NCBI GenBank assembly: GCA_965229625.1
Contig: CBDDJJ010000001.1
Location: 1,546,417 to 1,610,416 of the forward strand
Length of the DNA: 64,000 nt
Origin: Halieaceae bacterium
Lineage (GTDB): Bacteria > Pseudomonadota > Gammaproteobacteria > Pseudomonadales > Halieaceae
Direction: 5' to 3'
Position numbers and translations under genes: made by a program. The notes beneath the pieces are model-generated. The model worked only from the letters and a program-made list of their open reading frames with translations, was not told the DNA's origin and searched no databases. Positions 53,091 through 62,397 of this stretch are shown piece by piece; position 1 is the stretch's first letter; every line of letters starts with the position of its first letter.

Positions 53091-54608
53091 CTAGGCGGCG
53101 GGCTCGTGCTCCTGTTGCCGGCCCGGCTGCTGTTGATCTTGTGTCAGTTGATCTGGCGTCTGTTGATCTGGCGTCTGTTGATCTGGATTGTAGAGCCGAT
53201 TGACGTACTCACCCAGCAGCATTTCGCGGCTGTCCGCGGGTAGCTGGTTGAGGATGTTGTTGATCTCCACCATGCTCTCCGGCAACTCGCTGCCATCACC
53301 GAGAATATCGCCGAGCTGGTCCATCACTTCGGGGCCGGAATTGACAATGAAGTCGTGCAGCTCCTGCGGCAGTTCGTAGCGCTGCTGGCCCACCTGCGCA
53401 TCGCGGACTGTTTTCGCTACTTCCGCCAGGTCGGCGCAGAACTCATCTACCGCGTGGGCATTGTGATAGCCCACGGACAGGTGCATGTTCTCGCTGGAAT
53501 TGGCGTAGCCAAACTGGGGCTGGATGTACCAGCCACGTTTCTTCATTTCGTCCGCCAGCGGGAAGATATCGAAATCCACTGCCCGCAGGGCCAGCATGTT
53601 GATCCTGGCCTCGCCCATGACCTCCATGCCCTCGATGGCATCTACCGTATCGACAATCTTGCGGGAGGCTTTCTGGCTCTCATCCACCAGGCGCAGGTAT
53701 CCCTCCCTGCCCAGGTAGTTGAGGATTGCCCAGCAGGCCGCCACCGGGCCGCCGCTCTTGGTGGACGTCACTCCCGGGTTGATCACCGCGTAGCCGGTCC
53801 AGTTGGCGTAGGAGAAGATCTGGTAGCGACGGATGGCGCGGTCCTTGTAAAGAATGCAGCTCGCGCCCTTCGCCGCATAACCCCACTTGTGGAAGTCCAT
53901 CGACAACTGGGTGACACCGGGCACCGACATGTCGAAGTCGGGAATGTCGTAACCCAGCTCCCTGGCAAACGGCAGGTACATGCCACCGACACAGCAGTCC
54001 ACGTGCAGGCGCAGGTCGTTGCCCAGGGCCACCTGGCCGAGCTCGGCAATCGGGTCGATGGCGCCATGGGCATAAGACGGCGCCGAGCCCACCATCAGAA
54101 TGGTGTTAGGCGTAATGGCGGCTTCCATTTTCTCGGGGATCGCGCAGAAGTTGTCGTCCACGTCTACCAGCACCGCCTTCAGGTCGAAATACTGGCAGGC
54201 CTTGTGAAAGGCCGGGTGGGCCGTGGTCGGCATGAGGATTTCGGGCTCGGTAATCTCCGGCTTGATATCGCGGTAGTAATCGCGGGTCGTCTTGAGGGAC
54301 AGCAGGATGCTTTCAGTGCCGCCAGAGGTAAAGGTGCCGGTGGCGTCTTCGCCGCCGTTGACCAGGTCGACAGCCATGCCGATCACGTCTTTCTCGAGCT
54401 GCATGCAGCTTGGGAAGGAAGTCGGGTCCAGGCCATTCTCGGTCATATACAGGTTGAAGGCATCCTTGAGCAGCTGCTTGGCCTCCTCGCCCGCATCGTA
54501 GATGTAGGCAAACACCCTGCCCTCCTGCCAGGGCACGTCGTTGCCCTTGAGGGAATCCAGGTCAGATAGAATAGCGGCGGGCTGCTTGCCCGTGGCGGGA
54601 AACTTCAT
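53091..54608 (-). CDS. Group II PLP-dependent decarboxylase (sphingosine-1-phosphate lyase / glutamate decarboxylase-like) with a repetitive C-terminal tail
   Basis: 505 aa. ...GTFTSGGTESILL... and ...SMDFHKWGYAAKG... carry the PLP-lysine region. The tail reads NPDQQTPDQQTPDQLTQDQQ. Confidence 0.8.
   Translation of the reverse strand: MKFPATGKQPAAILSDLDSLKGNDVPWQEGRVFAYIYDAGEEAKQLLKDAFNLYMTENGLDPTSFPSCMQLEKDVIGMAVDLVNGGEDATGTFTSGGTESILLSLKTTRDYYRDIKPEITEPEILMPTTAHPAFHKACQYFDLKAVLVDVDDNFCAIPEKMEAAITPNTILMVGSAPSYAHGAIDPIAELGQVALGNDLRLHVDCCVGGMYLPFARELGYDIPDFDMSVPGVTQLSMDFHKWGYAAKGASCILYKDRAIRRYQIFSYANWTGYAVINPGVTSTKSGGPVAACWAILNYLGREGYLRLVDESQKASRKIVDTVDAIEGMEVMGEARINMLALRAVDFDIFPLADEMKKRGWYIQPQFGYANSSENMHLSVGYHNAHAVDEFCADLAEVAKTVRDAQVGQQRYELPQELHDFIVNSGPEVMDQLGDILGDGSELPESMVEINNILNQLPADSREMLLGEYVNRLYNPDQQTPDQQTPDQLTQDQQQPGRQQEHEPAA
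53130..53189 (-). repeat. In-frame 4 x 15-bp tandem repeat encoding [N/T][P/Q]DQ[Q/L] pentapeptides
   Basis: CTGTTGATCTGGCGT-type units on the plus strand. They lie in the last 35 codons of the decarboxylase gene. Confidence 0.75.
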
Positions 54609-54645
54609 GCTTGCTCCGTCAGGAAGAAAAGGCTATCTTCGCAAT

Positions 54646-54663
54646 ATTGTACATTTGTGCAAT
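54646..54663. promoter_or_regulatory. Palindromic operator candidate (site 1) between the decarboxylase and TetR genes
   Basis: ATTGTACA-TT-TGTGCAAT followed by TATTG. Lies 37 nt upstream of the decarboxylase ATG and 57 nt upstream of the TetR ATG. Nearly identical to site 2 at 60564. Confidence 0.55.
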
Positions 54664-54720
54664 TATTGCAAGCACATTCGAAGACAGATGCCCTGCAAAA
54701 GACGGGGACCGGGAAACAGT

Positions 54721-55389
54721 ATGACAGCTCAGGCCAGGAAGGACCGGCAGCGGCGCAGCAAGGGCGAACAGACCCGGGAAGTGATTCTCGACGGTGCCCT
54801 GCGCGTACTCGCCCGCGACGGCCTGCGCGGCGTCACCCACCGGGCGGTTGCCGCTGAGGCCGGCGTCCAGCTCTCCCTGACCACCTACTACTTCAAGGAC
54901 ATCAACGCCCTTATCGAGCAGGCTTTCGAGCTGTTCTGTGTCCGCAGTAAACCCAATAACGAGAAGATCTGGGTGGAGCTGTTTGAGTACATGGACCGCT
55001 ACACCCCCACCGAGCTGCGCAAGACATCGGTGCGCGAGCAAATCTGTATCGACCTCGCCGAGATGGCCACCGACATCCTGCTGCGTGGCGTGAAAGAAAC
55101 CCCGGAAGGACTGGCAGTGGAACAGGTGTTCCTGTCCAGCGTGCAGCAGGCCTCCAACCTGAGAGAGATGGCGGCGGAACACCGCCAGAGCCTGCTCAAC
55201 CCGCTGATCAGGCTCTGTGGCCTGGTGAACCGCAAGGACCCCGAGATCGACGCCGCCCTGCTGCTGGATACCATGACCCGGCTGGAGTACGAAGCCATCC
55301 TGATGGACCCGCAGGACATAGACCGGGAGCACATCGTGCGCTTGCTGCGTCGCCAGATTGGCTGGGCCCTGGGCCTGAAGCGCGCCTGA
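54721..55389 (+). CDS. TetR/AcrR family transcriptional regulator
   Basis: Start at ATG 54721 (MTAQARKDRQRRSKGEQTREVILDGALRVLARDGLRGVTHRAVAAEAGVQLSLTTYYF). Confidence 0.85.
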   Translation: MTAQARKDRQRRSKGEQTREVILDGALRVLARDGLRGVTHRAVAAEAGVQLSLTTYYFKDINALIEQAFELFCVRSKPNNEKIWVELFEYMDRYTPTELRKTSVREQICIDLAEMATDILLRGVKETPEGLAVEQVFLSSVQQASNLREMAAEHRQSLLNPLIRLCGLVNRKDPEIDAALLLDTMTRLEYEAILMDPQDIDREHIVRLLRRQIGWALGLKRA

Positions 55390-55390
55390 G

Positions 55391-56536
55391 GTGGAGCCCT
55401 TCGCATCCCTGTCGCGGGCACTGGATGGGGCGGAACTGGCGCGCCCCTGCCTGGTGATTGACGGCAATCGCCTGGAGGCCAACCTCCAGCGCCTCAAATC
55501 CCGCCGGTTGCCACAGGCCCTGCGCCTGGTGGTGAAGTCCCTGCCCAGCCTGCCCCTGCTGGACACCTGCATGGCGGCACTCAACACCCGGCGGCTGATG
55601 AGTTTCCATGCGCCGTTCCTCGAGCATCTGCTGAATCGCTACACCGACGTCGACATACTGCTCGGCAAGCCACTGCCGGTGGTGGCTGTGCGCGCCCTCG
55701 TGGAGCGATTTCGCGAGTACCCGGAGCGCATCGAGCAGGTGCAGTGGCTGGTAGACAGCGAACAACGCCTGGCCCAGTACCGCGCCGTCGCCGAGGCGAC
55801 CGGCCTGCCACTGCGCATTGCCGTGGAAATCAACGTCGGCCTGCAGCGTGGCGGCCTGCACCAGCCGGCGCAGCTGTCGACACTGCTGCGAGAGATCGAC
55901 GCCACCCATCTGCTGCGCTTCAGCGGGCTGATGGGTTACGACGCCCACGCCGCCAGGGCACCGGGCGGGCCGGGCCGGGCACTGGCAGCCGCGAACCAGA
56001 AGTACCGCGAATTCCTGACCTGCTGCGACAGGGCGGAGGGCAGCCTGACACTGAACGGCGCCGGCAGCCCCACCCATACCCTGCACGCCGAAGGTAGCCC
56101 CCTCAATGATCTCAGCCTGGGCTCGGTACTGCTGAAGCCGACGGATTTCGACCTGCCCCAGTTGGCTGACTACCAGCCTGCCTGCTGGATCGCCACGCCG
56201 GTACTCAAGCGCCAGCCCGGCGTTGCGGTGCCGTTCCTGTCGGCCTGGACGCGGCTGGTGTCGCGCCTTCCCGGGCGACGCCGCGACAGTATTTTTCTCT
56301 ACGGGGGCCGTTGGATGGCGCAACCCGACTGGCCAGGCGGTATGCAGAATCACGCCTTGTACGGACTCAGCTCCAATCAGCAGCTGATGACCATCCCTGA
56401 GAACAGTGGCATTGGCGTCGACGACTGGGCATTTTTCCGGCCCACCCAGTCCGAGGCCGTGCTGCTGCAGTTTGGCGATTTGCAGATCGTGCGCGACGGC
56501 GTGCTGCAAGCGCAGTGGCCGGCGCTGCAGAACTGA
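55391..56536 (+). CDS. Fold-type III PLP enzyme, DSD1 / D-serine-dehydratase-like (alanine-racemase N-domain) family
   Basis: 381 aa. GTG start 1 nt after the TetR stop. ...PCLVIDGNRLEANLQRL...LRLVVKSLPS (PLP lysine context)...GLMGYDAH.... Confidence 0.7.
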   Translation: MEPFASLSRALDGAELARPCLVIDGNRLEANLQRLKSRRLPQALRLVVKSLPSLPLLDTCMAALNTRRLMSFHAPFLEHLLNRYTDVDILLGKPLPVVAVRALVERFREYPERIEQVQWLVDSEQRLAQYRAVAEATGLPLRIAVEINVGLQRGGLHQPAQLSTLLREIDATHLLRFSGLMGYDAHAARAPGGPGRALAAANQKYREFLTCCDRAEGSLTLNGAGSPTHTLHAEGSPLNDLSLGSVLLKPTDFDLPQLADYQPACWIATPVLKRQPGVAVPFLSAWTRLVSRLPGRRRDSIFLYGGRWMAQPDWPGGMQNHALYGLSSNQQLMTIPENSGIGVDDWAFFRPTQSEAVLLQFGDLQIVRDGVLQAQWPALQN

Positions 56537-58914
56537 TGCTACACCCACTCCGGAATACCCTGATCACGGTGCTGCTGCTCGCCGCGATGCTGGCGGGGGC
56601 GGCCTGGTGGGGGCTCGGCGCATCACTTCCGAAAACACAGGGAAGCGTGGCACTGCCAGGCCTCAGCGCGCCGGTGAGTGTCACCTACGACGCCTGGCAG
56701 CGCCCCTATGTCCGGGCCGACAGCCTGCCAGATGCCCTCGCCGCCGAGGGTTGGCTACACGCCAGCCACCGGCTCTGGCAAATGGAGCTCTATCGCCGCG
56801 CCGGCACTGGCCGCATGGCCGAGATGCTGGGGCCTGACTTGGTGCCCACCGATGAGCAACTCTGGCGCTTCGGTGTGCCGCAACTGGCGGAGCGGCTGCA
56901 GGAGAACGCCAGCAGCGAGCTGCTGGCACTGGTGGACGCTTACCTGCAGGGTGTCAACGCCGGCATGGACGGGTTGCGCCTTCCGCCACCGGAATTCCTG
57001 CTGCTACGGCACAGCCCGACGCCCTGGACCCGCGATCACGTATTTGCCGTTGGCGCCCTGATGGCGTTCCAGTCTTCGAACAATGCCCGCAAGGAGCTGC
57101 TGCGCCTCGCCCTGCACGGGACGCTGGGCGCAGGGCGGGCCGCGTTGTTCCTGGAAGATCTCAGCGACCTGCCGGGCTTTCCCTTCGTGCTACCCGCGCT
57201 GGAAGCGGCAGCAACAAATGCGGCGGCTGCTGTCCCGGGCGGGGGCTGGCAAGGCGCCCTCGCCGCCATGGACGCCATCGACCCGGCACAACAGCCCCTC
57301 ATGCCCAGGCTCGGCTTCGGCAGCAACGGCTGGGTAGTCGCACCGGGCAAGAGCGCCAGCGGCCACGCCCTGTTTGCGTTTGACTCCCACGACGCCCTGG
57401 GCCTGCCCAACCTGTTCTACGAGGTCCACCTGTTCTACGGCAGCGCGCGTCGCCTCAGCGGCTGGTCGGCACCGGGGCTGCCCGGCGTCATCAACGGCTT
57501 CAACGAGTCCATTGCCTGGGGCTTCACCAACATCGGCGACAGCCAGGACCTGTTCCTGGAGACGCCCGTGGAGGGCCGCCCCGGTGTATTCATGGAAGGT
57601 GATACCCCCTATGCAGCGCGGGTGGCAACCGTCACCCTGCCGGTAAAGGGCGCGCCGGACCACAGTTTCGAGATCATCCACACCCGCAACGGGCCGCTGA
57701 TTCACAGCGACCCCCCGGTAGCGCTGCGCTGGACCGTGCAGGACATCGGTGAGCTGGGCCTGGATGGCTTGCTGGCCTTCAACCTGGCCACGGACTGGGA
57801 CAGCTTCAATGCCGCGCTGGACCAGCATGCCGGCCCGGTGCTCAATGCCACCTATGCGGATCGCCTGGGCAATATCGGCTTTCGCACCGCAGGCCTGCTG
57901 CCCCAGCGGCCCCGGGGGGAAGGCCTGGTGCCGCTGCCGGCCAGGGCCGAGAACGACTGGCAGGGCCTGGTGCCAGCTGGCGACATGCCGCGCTCGCTGA
58001 ACCCGGCCCGGGGTTTTATCGCCGCTGCCAATGCCCGGGTGAATCCACCTGGCCGCTACCCGCTGGTGTCGGCAGACAATGCCGCGCCCTACCGCATCGC
58101 ACGCCTGCAGGCGGTACTCGGCGAGGACCGCCTGTTCTCGGCAGATGACATGCGGGACCTGCAGATGGACTGGTACGACGGCCAGGCCGCCAGGGTACTG
58201 CCCGGCATGCTCGAGGCGCTGGACGGCCGGGATGATCTGGCCGACGCGCGGGCACTCTTGTCTGCCTGGCTGACAGACCCGATTGCCAGCGCCGACAGTG
58301 CCGCGGCGCTGCTGTTTCAGGCCTGGTACCTGGAACTGGCCGACGCCCTGTTCCGCCCGGCACTGGGCGACGACCTGTACCGCCGGCTGCTGGGCGAAAG
58401 CTATATGGTCAGCTTTGCGCTGGATACCCTGCTGCTCACTGATCGACACCTGGACTGGTGGCCTGCACCCAGGGCGACCGTGCTGGCAACCAGCCTGGCC
58501 GTGACGCTGCAGAGACTGGAGACCTCACTCGGTCCGATGGCCAACTGGCGACTGGACACCCGCCAGCGGGTGGGGCTCAGGCATGAATTGAGCAAGGCCG
58601 TGCCGGAACTCGCGCCGCTGCTGGAGGTAGCGCCCTCACCCTGGGGCGGCAGCCCGGCCGCGGTGGGCCGCGCCAACTACAGCTACCGGCGGCCTTTCGA
58701 AGTCAGTCACGGCGCCACCGTGAGAACCGTGGGAGAGATGGCGCCGGTACCGTCATTTCGCGCCGTGATTCCGGGTGGCCAGTCCGGCCATCCGCTGAGC
58801 CCGCACTATGCCGACCAGTTCGAGCACTGGATGGCTGGCGAGCTGCTGCCGATCGCAGATGAAATGCCCGGCACGGGTAGCCGCCTCACCCTGCTCGCGC
58901 CCGCGGCCAACTAA
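56536..58914 (+). CDS. Penicillin acylase family Ntn-hydrolase (AHL-acylase/PvdQ-QuiP-like), secreted
   Basis: The ATG at 56536 overlaps the upstream TGA by 1 nt. Signal/TM sequence MLHPLRNTLITVLLLAAMLAGAAWW. ...RLWQMELYRR... The GSNGWVVAP motif holds the catalytic Ser at the beta-subunit N-terminus. Confidence 0.85.
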   Translation: MLHPLRNTLITVLLLAAMLAGAAWWGLGASLPKTQGSVALPGLSAPVSVTYDAWQRPYVRADSLPDALAAEGWLHASHRLWQMELYRRAGTGRMAEMLGPDLVPTDEQLWRFGVPQLAERLQENASSELLALVDAYLQGVNAGMDGLRLPPPEFLLLRHSPTPWTRDHVFAVGALMAFQSSNNARKELLRLALHGTLGAGRAALFLEDLSDLPGFPFVLPALEAAATNAAAAVPGGGWQGALAAMDAIDPAQQPLMPRLGFGSNGWVVAPGKSASGHALFAFDSHDALGLPNLFYEVHLFYGSARRLSGWSAPGLPGVINGFNESIAWGFTNIGDSQDLFLETPVEGRPGVFMEGDTPYAARVATVTLPVKGAPDHSFEIIHTRNGPLIHSDPPVALRWTVQDIGELGLDGLLAFNLATDWDSFNAALDQHAGPVLNATYADRLGNIGFRTAGLLPQRPRGEGLVPLPARAENDWQGLVPAGDMPRSLNPARGFIAAANARVNPPGRYPLVSADNAAPYRIARLQAVLGEDRLFSADDMRDLQMDWYDGQAARVLPGMLEALDGRDDLADARALLSAWLTDPIASADSAAALLFQAWYLELADALFRPALGDDLYRRLLGESYMVSFALDTLLLTDRHLDWWPAPRATVLATSLAVTLQRLETSLGPMANWRLDTRQRVGLRHELSKAVPELAPLLEVAPSPWGGSPAAVGRANYSYRRPFEVSHGATVRTVGEMAPVPSFRAVIPGGQSGHPLSPHYADQFEHWMAGELLPIADEMPGTGSRLTLLAPAAN

Positions 58915-59375
58915 CCCAGCAGGATGGTGCCGTCGCGCTGGACCGTCAGCGCCTGGTCATTGTGGATGTGGGTAAACAGGTCTTCCCCAGGCACCTCAAC
59001 AATGGGGATCGAGCGCTCATACCAGGTCTCGGCCAGCGCCACACCGGACACCAGCAGTGAATCCGCATCCTGCACCAGCAGCGCCGCCGGCCCCTTGCCC
59101 TCGGCCACCAGGTCCAGCAGCACCAGGCCGGTATGGGTGGAGCCAATGCAGGCGGGAAACACCAGTACCACACCGTCCAGGTAGATCTTGTAGAGCTCGT
59201 GGTGAATATCCCACATCTGCGCCTTGCGACCCGGCAACAGGTTGGCGGGCTTGCACATGGCGGCGGTGAAGTTTACGGCCTGGCGCGTCACCAGGGCCGG
59301 GCCGCTGGCCTCCCCGGCGATGATCGGCCGCCCCTTCAGCCGGTTTACCTGCTGCTTGCCGACTTCAGTCATCAC
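58911..59375 (-). CDS. Aconitase X swivel-domain subunit (DUF126)
   Basis: 154 aa. ...GRPIIAGEASGPALV...FPACIGSTHTGLVLLDL... ATGA-type overlap with the upstream large subunit gene. Confidence 0.75.
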   Translation of the reverse strand: MMTEVGKQQVNRLKGRPIIAGEASGPALVTRQAVNFTAAMCKPANLLPGRKAQMWDIHHELYKIYLDGVVLVFPACIGSTHTGLVLLDLVAEGKGPAALLVQDADSLLVSGVALAETWYERSIPIVEVPGEDLFTHIHNDQALTVQRDGTILLG

Positions 59376-60541
59376 AGGACTCCACAGACCTTCAACACGT
59401 CGTCGAGGTCACCGTACTCGGTACCTTCGAGGTAATAATAGAGCTTGCCGGAATTGGTGAGCACCTGTTGCTTGCCGAGGCCGATACGTACCGACATCGC
59501 CGCCAACGGGCAGTGTTCATGCACCTCGACGCCGGCTTTCAGTACCTGCTCAAACAGGGGCGTCTGCTCGAACTCGCGCAGGGCACTGGGCATCAGGTGG
59601 AACAGTACCCGGCGCTTGACCCGTTTGCCGACGAAATGGCGGCCTATTTCCTCGGCCTCCTGCAGGGTCATCTGCGGGCAGCCAAAGGCCACAATCTTCG
59701 AGTCGGACTGCACGTCACCGCTGGCGCGAACCCCGGTCAGGTCGTCCTGGGTGAGGGTAATGGTTTTCTCCGGCTCCCTGCCCAGGAACGCGGCCTCCTC
59801 ATCCGGCGCTTCCGGCGTCAGGCCAATCACGTGGAACAGGCTGACGCCACCGCTGGCGGCCATGGCCGCCCCCATGTTCTTGAGTTCCGCGACGCTGAAC
59901 GGGTAGTAGTCCAGCACCGGCGAGCGGTCGACGCAGTGGCGGCCCAGCAGGAATCCCAGGGCCTGGGCATCCATGACATCCGCCTCCAGCTTTACCCGAA
60001 TCTGGCCGGCGCGATTCTCGTCCAGCAGCAGCCCGAACTCCGGGGTCAGACCGGTAATGGCCTGGCAGATATCCACCATGATGGAATTGCGATTGCTGCG
60101 GGCACCGATCACCGAGTTGGCGTAAATCACCGCAGAGGACTCAGCCCAACCGAGAATATCGCCAAATTCCGGGCGATTGACGTCCAGGTAGCTGACACAG
60201 GAGTAATTGGGCGTGACACCCAGGGCCTCGAGATTGTCCTCATGCCGGCGCTGGCCCTTGAGCACCAGCCGGTTCTGCAAGCTGAAGTCGTAGCCCGGCC
60301 GTGGATTCAGCGTGGTCTTGACCTTGACCCGCAGGCCTGCCGCCACCAGCCGTTCAACGATTTCATAGTAGGCCTTGAACGAGGAAATGCGGAAGCTGCC
60401 CGTCAGGTGAGCGCTCTTGATCGGCACCAGGCGTGGCGCGTTGAAGGCACTGCCATAACGCACCAGGGTATCCATGCACTGGGCCATTTCAGGGCCCTCG
60501 GCCCCATCCAGCAGCGCCTGCTGGTCTTCGGTGAGCTGCAT
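59372..60541 (-). CDS. Aconitase X catalytic subunit (DUF521)
   Basis: Start at ATG 60541, preceded by GAGGAGGG. MQLTEDQQALLDGAEGPEMAQCMDTLVRYG...IKSAHL.... The longer track ORF (to 60628) was rejected. Confidence 0.8.
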   Translation of the reverse strand: MQLTEDQQALLDGAEGPEMAQCMDTLVRYGSAFNAPRLVPIKSAHLTGSFRISSFKAYYEIVERLVAAGLRVKVKTTLNPRPGYDFSLQNRLVLKGQRRHEDNLEALGVTPNYSCVSYLDVNRPEFGDILGWAESSAVIYANSVIGARSNRNSIMVDICQAITGLTPEFGLLLDENRAGQIRVKLEADVMDAQALGFLLGRHCVDRSPVLDYYPFSVAELKNMGAAMAASGGVSLFHVIGLTPEAPDEEAAFLGREPEKTITLTQDDLTGVRASGDVQSDSKIVAFGCPQMTLQEAEEIGRHFVGKRVKRRVLFHLMPSALREFEQTPLFEQVLKAGVEVHEHCPLAAMSVRIGLGKQQVLTNSGKLYYYLEGTEYGDLDDVLKVCGVL

Positions 60542-60563
60542 ATCACCCTCCTCGCCAAAGCTT

Positions 60564-60583
60564 AATTGTACATATGTACAATT
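60564..60583. promoter_or_regulatory. Palindromic operator candidate (site 2) upstream of the aconitase X operon
   Basis: AATTGTACA-TA-TGTACAATT, a perfect 20-bp palindrome, followed by ATTG. Lies 22 nt upstream of the ATG at 60541. Same motif as site 1. Confidence 0.55.
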
Positions 60584-61022
60584 ATTGGGCAAGGATCGGG
60601 CTTGATACCGGCAAGCCGCGCAAAGCACAATCGACCAGTGTGCTAGCCATCGCTAGCGAGTCTGCCAAGGCATTGAAAATTATTGCTTTTTCGCCTGGTC
60701 GGGCCTGTTTATGAGATCAAAATCTCACAAATGTGAAATTATTATTACGAAACCGTGAATTTTCTTGCGACCTGACAGTTCGCGGGGTTATAGTCCGGCC
60801 CAAGTCCTGTTATACGGCCGCTTGCAACACTATCGTCATCTGTTCGTAATAATTGACTGACTGATGGGCGAATACAGCAACAATAAATGATGCGCGATGC
60901 ATCGCATAAACACTGCTGGACCTGGAACAAGCCGCCGCCACCATCATAAATCGCAGGCAACGGGACCGCGCCGAACAGCGGTAACCCCTGTACTCGTTGT
61001 GATAACGAATTGGGAGATCATC

Positions 61023-61358
61023 ATGAAAAAGACCAGCCTGGTCCTTGCGGCCATTCTTACTACACCCCTGCTCGCCCTGCCCGTTAGCGCCACGGCGGAA
61101 ACTGTCCGTGACTGCGTTGTGGAAGGCACTGTAAAGCGTCAGAAAGGCGACAGTGACAAAGTATATGTAGCGTTCCACTCGGCCAAACCTGCCGAAAAAG
61201 GGGCATCCTGCCGGATGAACCGCCGGGAGAAGTTCCAGTTCAAGGCACCCAATGCCGCGGAACTGCAGCAAGCAGAGCCCGGCACCAAAGTGCGGTATCG
61301 CTATACGGAAGACTCGGAAAAGGGCGCCACCTGGAAGCGGGAGAACATCTCCAGCTAA
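61023..61358 (+). CDS. Hypothetical small secreted protein
   Basis: ATG at 61023 follows GGGAGA. MKKTSLVLAAILTTPLLALPVSATAE is a signal peptide. No family recognised. Confidence 0.5.
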   Translation: MKKTSLVLAAILTTPLLALPVSATAETVRDCVVEGTVKRQKGDSDKVYVAFHSAKPAEKGASCRMNRREKFQFKAPNAAELQQAEPGTKVRYRYTEDSEKGATWKRENISS

Positions 61359-61393
61359 ACCGGCGACAGGCTTTCCAGCGCGAAAGCCCTTCC

Positions 61394-62335
61394 CTACGGT
61401 CGTCCGCCAGCTGGCTGCTGGCGGGCGATTGACCCACGCACAGCCGCCAGTGGGTGGGTGTTGCGCAGGCTGACCGCACCGCCCTTCAGCTCAATGCCCA
61501 GCTCCGCAAACTGCTCCTCAAAAGGCGGCAGGGCGCGGCTCGCTGCCACCTGGTCGAACAGGGGCACAAATAGCAACTGCCCGGTGACGCGATCCAGTTC
61601 CACGGCAATTTCCCGTGCTGACATGGCGCCGTCAGCGCAGCAGGCATTGAGCCCCGCCAACGCAGTGTCCAGGCTTTGGCGACCGTTGCTGCGGCGCCGC
61701 AGTTCGGTATCCGCGCGGAAGAAATACCAGGCACCACTCCAGTAGACACGCATGTAGCTGCGGTTCTCACGCATCGCCGGGCTCAGTTCCGCCAGGCTCA
61801 GGTCCGGGCGCCGGTTGGTGCGGCCGCGAATAAAGCCGTCGTGTAGTCGCTGCCACATCTCTCGTTCATCGAATACGCCGTGGCGCGCCTGCAGCAGGTT
61901 CTGGTAGTAGCTGGCCAGGCCTTCGCTGAACCACATATCTCCCCAACCCCGATAGGGAATCAGCAGGTGGGCAAATTCGTGGTAGGCAGTCCAGTTGTTC
62001 CTGAGACGCTCGCGGCTGGCATCGGGGTCGATGTAAAAGCTGACCACATCCGGGTCACCACGGTTCACCTGCGCCCAGGGCACCGGGTCACTGCCGTAAC
62101 CGGTATATGGAACAATTCGCACACGCCAGCGATCGCGGGGCCAGCGCCCGTGCACAGCGGCCAGGGCATCAGCGGTGTCCTGGATCCAGCCCACCACGTC
62201 GTCGCGCCGGGACGCGGGCAGCCGCTCACTGAGCTCGATCTCGAGCTGCTGTTCGCCGCGTTCGTAATAGACGCGCTCCGCCATCAGCGGTGGTGCAAAA
62301 CACATCAGCAGCAACAGCAGGTGTCGGTAACGCAT
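61394..62335 (-). CDS. Putative secreted zinc metalloprotease (HEXXH)
   Basis: HEFAH...FSEGLASYYQ (HEXXH plus a downstream E). Start chosen at Met 62335, giving MRYRHLLLLLMCFAPPLMA as signal peptide. ATG 62401 (ATGA overlap with the upstream gene) is the alternative. Confidence 0.55.
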   Translation of the reverse strand: MRYRHLLLLLMCFAPPLMAERVYYERGEQQLEIELSERLPASRRDDVVGWIQDTADALAAVHGRWPRDRWRVRIVPYTGYGSDPVPWAQVNRGDPDVVSFYIDPDASRERLRNNWTAYHEFAHLLIPYRGWGDMWFSEGLASYYQNLLQARHGVFDEREMWQRLHDGFIRGRTNRRPDLSLAELSPAMRENRSYMRVYWSGAWYFFRADTELRRRSNGRQSLDTALAGLNACCADGAMSAREIAVELDRVTGQLLFVPLFDQVAASRALPPFEEQFAELGIELKGGAVSLRNTHPLAAVRGSIARQQPAGGRP

Positions 62336-62397
62336 ACCGGTTCGACCCGTGTGCTCGCCGCAAGTTCGCCACTTCCTCTCTGTCAGTCGTTGCGCAG

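Noticed and set aside
53355-54569. 404-aa plus-strand ORF
   Set aside because: It is antisense to the PLP decarboxylase gene and has no recognisable domain.
55208-58449. Long minus-strand ORFs 55208..56548 (446 aa) and 57190..58449 (419 aa)
   Set aside because: They are antisense to the DSD1-like and penicillin-acylase-family genes, which carry diagnostic motifs. The composition is shadow-ORF-like.
59468-60565. 365-aa plus-strand ORF
   Set aside because: It is antisense to the aconitase X catalytic subunit gene.
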